DNA of 64,000 nt from assembly GCA_963777585.1 (NCBI GenBank), contig CAVZRB010000017.1, positions 21,227 through 85,226 on the forward strand, given 5' to 3'. Below the pieces are notes generated by a model that was given only the letters and a program-made list of their open reading frames with translations, was not told the origin of the DNA and searched no databases. Shown here piece after piece: positions 56,633 to 64,000 of this stretch (positions are counted from its first letter, which is position 1; each line of letters opens with the position of its first letter). Both the position numbers and the translations under genes were made by a program. The stretch is from an uncultured Gammaproteobacteria bacterium. Lineage in GTDB: Bacteria > Pseudomonadota > Gammaproteobacteria > Methylococcales > Methylomonadaceae.

Positions 56633-57111
56633 ACAACACCTCGCTTAAGGAATAATAAACAGCCATCAAAGTCGAGAAAACGGCATTTGCTAAAAAACGC
56701 CAGGGGTAAGGAATAAAATTTTGAATTGTATAATTAACCAACAGCGAGAAGGGAGCGATTTGCACAAAAGAATCCAGGCCAATACCGATTAAACTCCACT
56801 GTATAGATGCAAACTGCCCCGAAAAACATTTAATAAAGGCAATGTGGCGGGCAATCCATAATGGATTAAAAAAAGCCTGCGCTATTAGAGCTCGTTTTAT
56901 TCCGTTCACAATACCCTGTTTTTTAAAATGGCGTTCTATCCAGGCGAAATAACAGGGAATCTCGATTGCATAAAGGGTTCCGCCCAAAAACATCATGCCG
57001 ACCAAACGCGAAATTTGAAATTCATCGGTCAGCAAGGCTGCGCAACTATCCCCTAAATGCATAAACAACAGCGCCGTGAAAGCTGTCGCGCTTGGTTAAA
57101 AGAGGCTTCAT
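56625..57111 (-). CDS. Mpv17/PMP22-like four-TM membrane protein (frameshift near 57057; true start overlaps the xdhB stop, ATGA)
   Basis: Reconstructed MKPLLTKRDSFHGAVVYALGDSCAALL...RLVGMMFLGG...KRALIAQAFFNP...NYTIQNFIPYPWRFLANAVFS..MAVYYSL follows the Mpv17/PMP22 motif order. Confidence 0.6.
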
Positions 57112-59361
57112 TTTTTATACAATGCCAGCAACACTTTCTCCGGCGTCATGGGCGCGCAGAAGTCGGGTTGCCAGTTCGGGTTGAAGGCTTGTATGGCTTT
57201 AACCAGTGCAAAGTAAGCGCCTATTCCATACATCAAAGGCGGTTCGCCGATGGCTTTGGAATGCATGACAGCAGGTGATTCTTCATGTGATAAAAGCTCG
57301 ATTTCAATCTCAGGCGCGAAATAAAGGTCCGGTATTTTGTAATTGGTCAGGTTATCGGTTTTTAAGCGGCCTTGTTGATCATAAATAATTTCTTCCATCG
57401 TCATCCAGCCCAGGCCTTGAACCACGCCGCCTTCAATTTGACCGCGGTCTACCATCGGAGTCAGGCTTTTACCCATATCATGCACCAGGCTGACCCGGTC
57501 GATGCTATAAATGCCGCGCAGGCAATCGACAGTCACTTCCACCGAGGCACAACCGTAGACATGGTAAGCGAACGGGTTGCCTTTTTCCTGGCTCCGGTCA
57601 AAAAACACGCCGGGGGTTGCGTAGTGGGCATGGGCTGATAGCGCCGTTCTGGATAGATAAGCCTGGCTGATCAATTTTCTCCAGTCAATCGCCGTGGCTT
57701 CGCCGTTTAAGTAGACTTTTTCCTGTTTGAAAGTGATTTGTTCAGCGTTGGCATCGTTGCCTAACAGTTTGGCGGCCACCGCTTTCAGGTTTTGCAGAAT
57801 TTGCTGGCAGGCCAGTAACGTGGCCGCGCCGTTAAGATCGGAACCCACACTGGCAGCAGTCGGCGACATATTGGCAATGCGTGAGGTGTTGGTGCTTTCT
57901 ACCTTGACGCGGGCTTCATCAATGGCAAACGTTACTGCGGCGATATTTCGGATTTTTTCTTTAACCCCTTGCCCCATTTCAACGGCCCCCATACTGACGC
58001 TGACCGAGCCGTCCGTATAAATATGCACCAGCGCTCCGGCTTGGTTGAGAAAGGTTGCGGTAAAAGAAATGCCAAAACAGATCGGCATCAGCGCCAAGGC
58101 TTTTTTGCTTAAAGGATGCTGGGCATTGTAGGCGTCGATAGCTTGTTGCCGGTCTTGAATGGCATAGTGTGTTTGCACAGTCTGCCAGCTGGTTTGCGCA
58201 TGACATCGCTGTGTTTGCATGCCATAAGGGAAATGATCGCCTTCTTTGAGCAAGTTTTTTTGCTGAATCTCGGCAGGGTCAAGATGCATGGTCTGAGCGG
58301 CTTTAAAAATAGCCGATTCCAATACGAACATGGCTTGCGGGCCGCCGAAGCCTCGAAAAGCCGTATTCGGCGGCAGATGCGTCCGACAGCTGTTGGCGGT
58401 GGCGCGAACATTGGGAATGAAATAACTGTTGCCGGTGTGAAACAGCGTCCGTTCCAGTATGGCCAGCGACAAGATCGGCAACCGCGCCGGCATTTTGAAA
58501 AAATTCGACTTGATAGGCCAGGATTTTACCGGTTTGGTCCAGGCCGATTTTGAAGTCGGCATCATAGGGATGGCGTTTGCCGGTCAGACGCATGTCTTCG
58601 TCACGGTTTAATTTTATTTTGACCGGTTTTTTAAGCAGAAAAGCGGCCAGCGCAACCAAAGCCGCCCATAGCGTGGCTTGTTCTTCCTTGCCGCCAAAGC
58701 CGCCGCCCAGGCGCAAAACGTCGACTTCAATCCGGTGCATCGGGCAGTTCAGCACTCTGGCACAGGCCCGTTGCACCAAGCCCGGCGACTGTGTGGCAGA
58801 AAACAACTTTAAACCGTTATTTTCCAGCGGAATGGCTAACGCGGTTTGGGTTTCCAGATAGACATGCTCCGCAGCTCCCGTACTGGCCGAGCCTTCAATG
58901 ATAAAGTCACACGCCTGCCAGGCCTTATCGACATCGCCCAGCGAGAAAATCCGCGGAGGGGCGATATGCAAGCCTTGAGCATGCGCCGTTCTGGCATCGA
59001 AAACAGCCGGTAATTCCTGGTATTCAATGTTGACCAATGCGGCCGCTTGCCGGGCGATGGTTTCGGTTTCGGCGATGACCAGCGCGATGGGTTGGCCCTG
59101 ATACATGGCTATCTGATCGGCCAGCAATACTTCTTCGGCTTCGATATTGCCGATGTTGTTAATCCCGGGAATATCCTGAGCCGATAAAATTTGCACGACG
59201 CCGGGACAAGCCATTGCGGCACGGGTATCGATGGCTAAAATCTTGCCGTGGGCGATGGTCGATACGACCGGAAAAGCATGGAGAGTCCCTTGCGGCAGCG
59301 GGATGTCGTCGGTAAATGTCGATGCACCCTGAGCGTGCAGCTCAATGTCGTTAATCTGCAT
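57108..59361 (-). CDS. xdhB: Xanthine dehydrogenase molybdopterin-binding subunit (frameshift near 58470)
   Basis: HVYLET, RLGGGFGGKE, GKRH, AFRGFGGPQ, FGISF, EMGQG, SPTAAS, SKAIGEPP. Confidence 0.92.
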
Positions 59362-60771
59362 TGAACATCTCTCCTTTAAAAGATTCAGGAAATAGTTTAA
59401 CAAAATGGGCGTAAAGCAATTGCTGCAACAACAGGCGTTTGTATTGGGCTGAACCGCGAGTATCTGAAATCGGCGCTATTTCACTTTGGGCAATTTCGGC
59501 GGCTGTTTTGACGGTTTCCAGGCACACCTTTTGGCCGACTAAATAGGCGCAGGTTTTGGCGAGATAAAGCGGAAAAGGCGCGACACCGCCGGCAGACAAT
59601 ATGCACTTTGGTTATTTTTCCAGCCTGTTCCTGAATAAGCATCGCTGAATTGACTGCGGCAATATCCAGATGCATGCGTTTGCTGACTTTTTCATAGCTA
59701 AACCGGTCAACTTGAGTTGGGATTTCGAACCTGATTTCCAATAGGCGTTCGCCCGGTTTTAAGTCGATTTGTTTATAGCCCTGAAAGAACTGCTGCAATG
59801 GGACTGTGCGCGTTTGAGAGCCTGATAGTAAGGTTAATTGGGCATCCAGCGCTAAAAAGAATACGGCCAAATCAGCAATGGGAGAGGCATTAATCAAATT
59901 GCCGCCCAACGTTGCACGCTGGCGAATCGGCGCCGAGCAGATCAATTTAAAATCTTCTGCCAGCCGGGGAAAACAGGATTGCAGCAATGGCGAGGTTCTG
60001 ATTTGCTCGATGGTGGTCAGCGCATTAATGATGCAATCACTGTTTTCCTTGCGAATAAGGGGGTGTAGTGACTCGTTTGATAAAAAATGCAGCGGTTGCG
60101 AGTGCAGCTTTTCAGGCTTTTGCACAAAAAGATCCGTGCCGCCGGCAATGAGTACGGCATTATCAAGCGGCTCGGAAGTTTTGCCAGCTGAATATTGGCT
60201 TAGCATCTCCGGCACAGTGGCAAAATAAGCGGGCAGAATTTGCCAGGCAATTAAATCTTCAATTCTGCGTTCAAGCGGCGAAGCCGACAGATCGAATTGC
60301 AGGCAAAGCGCACTGACCGCCCGTTTAATGCCGGCATACCCGGTACAACGGCATAAGTTACCCGCTATCGAATCCAGTGCGGCGCTTTCGTCCGACAGTG
60401 TGCTGTTAAGAAAAAAGCCGGTCAACGCCATGACCAGGCCGGGCGTACAAAACCCGCATTGAATGGCCCCGTTTTCCACCAACGCACGTTGAATCGGATT
60501 GAGTTGCTCGCTGTTTAGACCCTCTATCGTCACCACATGATGACCTGAAATCGCACCTACCGGCAGCAAGCAGGCATTGACTGCCTGATAGCGGATGCGA
60601 TTGTTAATGAGTTCGCCCACCAGTATCTGGCAAGCGCCGCAATCGCCTTCACGGCAGGCTTCCTTGGTGCCGGTCAAGCCCCGGTTATGGCGAATAATAT
60701 CCAGTAAAAGTTCGTCCGGGGGAACGTTTTCTTCGACACTATTGCGGTTTAATAAGAATCTGATAGGTCAT
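59351..60771 (-). CDS. xdhA: Xanthine dehydrogenase small subunit (2x[2Fe-2S] + FAD; frameshifted)
   Basis: GTKEACREGDCGAC, QCGFCTPG, GNLCRCTGY, AGGTDL, ATLGGN.INASP. Confidence 0.92.
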
Positions 60772-60776
60772 GGCAA

Positions 60777-62421
60777 TTACACTGTCAGGGAGGTGAATTG
60801 AAAGGTTCTGCTATCAAATAATCCTTGATCGCTTAATTTTAAATTCGGAATCACCAGCAGCGCCATAAAGGACAAGCGTCATAAAAGGTGCATGCAGATT
60901 GGAGCCCATTTGCTTGGCAAGTCGATCGAGTTCGGCATAACGGTTTGGCAACCCAATCGCCATCAAAATCGCTCATGAGTCCGGCAATAGGTAAGGGCAG
61001 TAATTCAACCCCTTTGAGAGAAGCTGCGGCAATCCCGCCTTTTGCCGTGATGACGCTGTTGACCGCCTTGCAAATCAAATCGGCATCGGTGCCAACTGCG
61101 ATAATGTTATGGGAATCATGCGCCACACTGGATGCCAGTGCGCCTTGTTGCAGGCCGAAGCCTTGAATAAAAGCCAATGCCGGTTTGGCCGGTCGATAGC
61201 GATTGACGACCGTCAATAGCAAAATATCGCGGTCAGGGTCGGCTACGATTTTTTGATTCTGTACTTTCGGAATTTGCAGGATTTCTTCGGTGAGCAATTC
61301 ACCGTCCAAGGCTTTAATGACCCGAATTTTTTGACCAACATGCTCAACGTCAAGATCGCCGGGCGTTATTGTCCGGGCATTAAATAAATTGATCGGCGCC
61401 GGTTTAACACTAGGTAACAGACTCTTATTGTTTTCCGCGACTTTACGTCCCGCTATCCAGGTTCTGAGCGGAGCAAAGTTTTGTAGATTATCGACTTCCA
61501 CGGCATCCATGCGGTCGCCGACTCTTAATTGGCCGAGCGGTAAATGGTAGTGGATTGATCGGATTGATACACGCACAGCGTAATACGTTGAAAATATCAT
61601 GACCTTCGGCAACAGCTCGCGCCACCAAACGATTGATATGACCTGCAATGAGATCGTCCGGATGCTTGTCATCGCTGCAGAACATGACTTTGTCCGGATG
61701 ACTGCTGATTAAAGGATGCAAGGCGTCAAAATTGCGTGCTGCCGAACCTTCCCTGATCAAAATATGCATCCCGGCGGCCAATTTCGCTTCGGCTTCAGCC
61801 AGCGTGCTGCACTCATGGTCGGTAGAAATGCCTGCTTGCGCATAGTGAGTCACATCCTGTCCGGTCAAGCCGGGCGCATGCCCATCAATCGGGCAATCGA
61901 AGCGCTGAGCTAATTGCAGTTTGGCGATGATGTCCGGGGCATTATTCAAGACGCCCGGGTAGTTCATCATTTCCGACAAATAGGTGACGGACTTGGTTTG
62001 CGAACAGACATTCCAGCTGCTCGCTTTCCAGGCGCGCCCCTGCTGTTTCGAAGGGCGTAGCAGGCACACAAGCGGGGGCGCCGAAAAAAATCGGCATAGG
62101 TGTTAATGCTGCATTTTCGATCATAAACTCGATGCCTTTAAGTCCCAGGATATTGGCAATCTCATGCGGATCGGAAATCGTCGCAACCGTGCCGTGTCGA
62201 CAAGCGATACGGGCAAATTCGGCGGGCGTCAGCATCGAGCTTTCGATGTGGACGTGGGCATCAATAAAACCGGGCAGCAGGTAGGTTGAAGCCGATTTCG
62301 GCTTATCCAGTTCGCAAAGTCGGGTAATGATGCCGTCCTCCCAAGTGATTTCCCCTGGAAAAATGCGTCGTTCATCAATTTGAACAATATAAGCGATAAC
62401 ACTGCCGTGATTAACATTCAT
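60777..62421 (-). CDS. ade: Adenine deaminase (frameshifted)
   Basis: [61 protein letters not shown]. Confidence 0.92.
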
Positions 62422-62609
62422 GGTTATTAGAGATGATCAGAATCAAAAACTATACCGGATGGTATCAATAAAAGTTCAGATGAGCGATAGCTTAAATCAG
62501 TCTTGGAGCTTGTCCGCAAATAAGTTCATAAAAAACATTATCTACCAAGACTCAAAAACTTTGGTATTAGTCCGGAAGCAGACGTTGAATCGACTTAGCA
62601 TTACCTAAT

Positions 62610-62876
62610 TCAAGTTGAGGACAATGGGCTGCCATCATACTTCCCGCTTTGGAACATTGTCAGCTCCCATCGATGCGCTAATTCATCATGCCGCAGTATG
62701 TAAATATCGTTTTCGCCTCCACGCACTTTAAAATAACGGTATTCGGGAGCTAGCCAACGGTCGATTACTTCTTCAATTTCAATAGATTTATCGCCCATAA
62801 AAAAACGTCGTGGTGTTTCCTCTCCCTTGTAACCGGCATAACATTCCACACGAATTGTTAACGGATCCGTATTCAT
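62610..62876 (-). CDS. Conserved small hypothetical protein
   Basis: IRVECYAGYKGEETPRRF...IDRWL....YFKV.....YILRHD....WEL. Confidence 0.7.
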   Translation of the reverse strand: MNTDPLTIRVECYAGYKGEETPRRFFMGDKSIEIEEVIDRWLAPEYRYFKVRGGENDIYILRHDELAHRWELTMFQSGKYDGSPLSST

Positions 62877-63005
62877 AGAATTTTTAACCTATGTTGATGC
62901 ACTATATAGCCTATGGTAATTTTATTGCTTGTTCGAGCTTATTAAAGAGTGGCACCTTCTCTGACATCGGGAACGAAAAAGCGGCAGACGGTGGTATACC
63001 CACAA

Positions 63006-63027
63006 TTTTTACAGTTTTTTTATAACA
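63006..63027 (+). promoter_or_regulatory. KdpE-binding site
   Basis: TTTTTACAGTTTTTTTATAAC resembles the T-rich KdpE box directly upstream of kdpF. Confidence 0.6.
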
Positions 63028-63074
63028 ACTGCGTTACATTAACCTCTCGGAATATCCATAAAAGAGAGGTAATC

Positions 63075-63164
63075 ATGACCTTTATCTACGGCTTGAGCGG
63101 CTTGCTCGCATTCGCATTATTCATTTATCTGCTGGTGGCGTTATTTTACCCGGAGAAATTCTAA
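63075..63164 (+). CDS. kdpF: K+-transporting ATPase subunit F
   Basis: 29 aa MTFIYGLSGLLAFALFIYLLVALFYPEKF; GAGG RBS; TAATG overlap with kdpA. Confidence 0.92.
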   Translation: MTFIYGLSGLLAFALFIYLLVALFYPEKF

Positions 63165-64000
63165 TGACTGCAAACGGCTTATTGCAAATCACTTTATATT
63201 TTGTCGCCCTGTTGCTGCTGGCTAAGCCTTTGGGCGTTTATATGGCGGCGGTGTATGAAAATCGCCCGGTATTTCTTAATCGCATCTTGGCGCCTTTGGA
63301 AGCAGGGTTTTATCGTTTGAGCGGCGTTAAGCCGGAACAAGAGATGCGCTGGAGTGAATACGCAGCAGCGCTGCTCTGGTTTAATCTGTTCGGCGGACTG
63401 GCGGTATTTGCATTGCAAATGCTGCAAGCCTATTTGCCGCTGAACCCGCAACAGCTGGGCAATGTCACTGTCGATTCGGCATTCAACACGGCGGTCAGTT
63501 TTGCCACTAACACCAATTGGCAGGGTTACGGCGGCGAAACGACGATGAGTTATCTGACCCAGATGCTGGGGCTGAGTGTGCAAAACTTTGTTTCGGCGGC
63601 CACCGGCATGGCGGTTTTGGTTGCGATGATACGCGGCTTTCAGCGCACTCATGCGGACGGCATCGGCAACTTCTGGGCGGATCTGACGCGCGGCACTTTG
63701 TATATCCTTCTGCCGCTGTCGTTTGTGCTGGCGTTGGTGTTGGTTGGGCAAGGCGTGGTGCAAACCTTCAAACCTTACCAAACCATTCCGTTAGTTGAGC
63801 AGGTCAGCACGGCAACGGAAAATACTACGCAAACCTTGGCAGTAGGGCCTGCCGCTTCGCAAATCGCCATCAAACAACTGGGTACCAACGGCGGCGGTTT
63901 TTTTAACGCCAATTCGGCGCATCCTTTCGAAAACCCGACGCCGTTGTCCAATTTTCTGGAAATGCTGGCTATCTTGCTGATACCGGCGGCGCTGTGCCAT
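63164..64000 (+). CDS. kdpA: K+-transporting ATPase subunit A (5' part; runs off window; absent from ORF track)
   Basis: MTANGLLQI..., LPLNPQ, FNTAVSFATNTNWQGYGGE, QNFVSAATG, IKQLGTNGGGFFNANSAHPFENPT. Confidence 0.95.
   Translation, partial: MTANGLLQITLYFVALLLLAKPLGVYMAAVYENRPVFLNRILAPLEAGFYRLSGVKPEQEMRWSEYAAALLWFNLFGGLAVFALQMLQAYLPLNPQQLGNVTVDSAFNTAVSFATNTNWQGYGGETTMSYLTQMLGLSVQNFVSAATGMAVLVAMIRGFQRTHADGIGNFWADLTRGTLYILLPLSFVLALVLVGQGVVQTFKPYQTIPLVEQVSTATENTTQTLAVGPAASQIAIKQLGTNGGGFFNANSAHPFENPTPLSNFLEMLAILLIPAALCH

Noticed and set aside
62422-62609. Purine riboswitch upstream of ade
   Set aside because: No purine-aptamer consensus visible
63194-63781. 195-aa minus-strand ORF
   Set aside because: Antisense to kdpA, which is open on the plus strand to the window end

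Overview
Bacterial chromosomal window, Gammaproteobacteria, most likely a Methylococcaceae (Methylobacter-like) methanotroph. The taxonomy is an inference from gene content, such as the DUF2380-type lipoprotein-like gene and the small conserved secreted and membrane proteins. Core genes (psd, queF, smc-zipA-ligA, ispA-xseB, parE-thioesterase-parC, lhr, kdpFA) alternate with accessory blocks: a multicopper oxidase, a secreted trypsin-like protease with a small partner lipoprotein, a stand-alone TIR gene, a Tat-lipoprotein PLP decarboxylase, a YidB/DUF3597/YpfJ cluster, a LOV + heme-PAS sigma54 activator with its apparent target, a decayed ars operon, cydAB, and a purine-catabolic ade-xdhAB-(Mpv17-like)-xdhC operon. 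Many genes, including essential ligA and smc, are split by single-base indels. This looks like long-read or low-coverage sequencing error, so I report them as single CDSs. Top candidates for new biology: (1) a light/O2-sensing sigma54 module (LOV-PAS-hemePAS-PAS-AAA+-Fis) with a symmetric TGAGACA enhancer array, an IHF site and a -24/-12 promoter driving one uncharacterised secreted two-domain His protein; (2) an Mpv17/PMP22-like membrane protein translationally coupled inside a purine-degradation operon; (3) a lipoprotein that is a free-standing paralog of the neighbouring protease's pro-region; (4) an exported histidine/serine-decarboxylase-like lipoprotein. No rRNA, tRNA, CRISPR array or intact transposase was seen.
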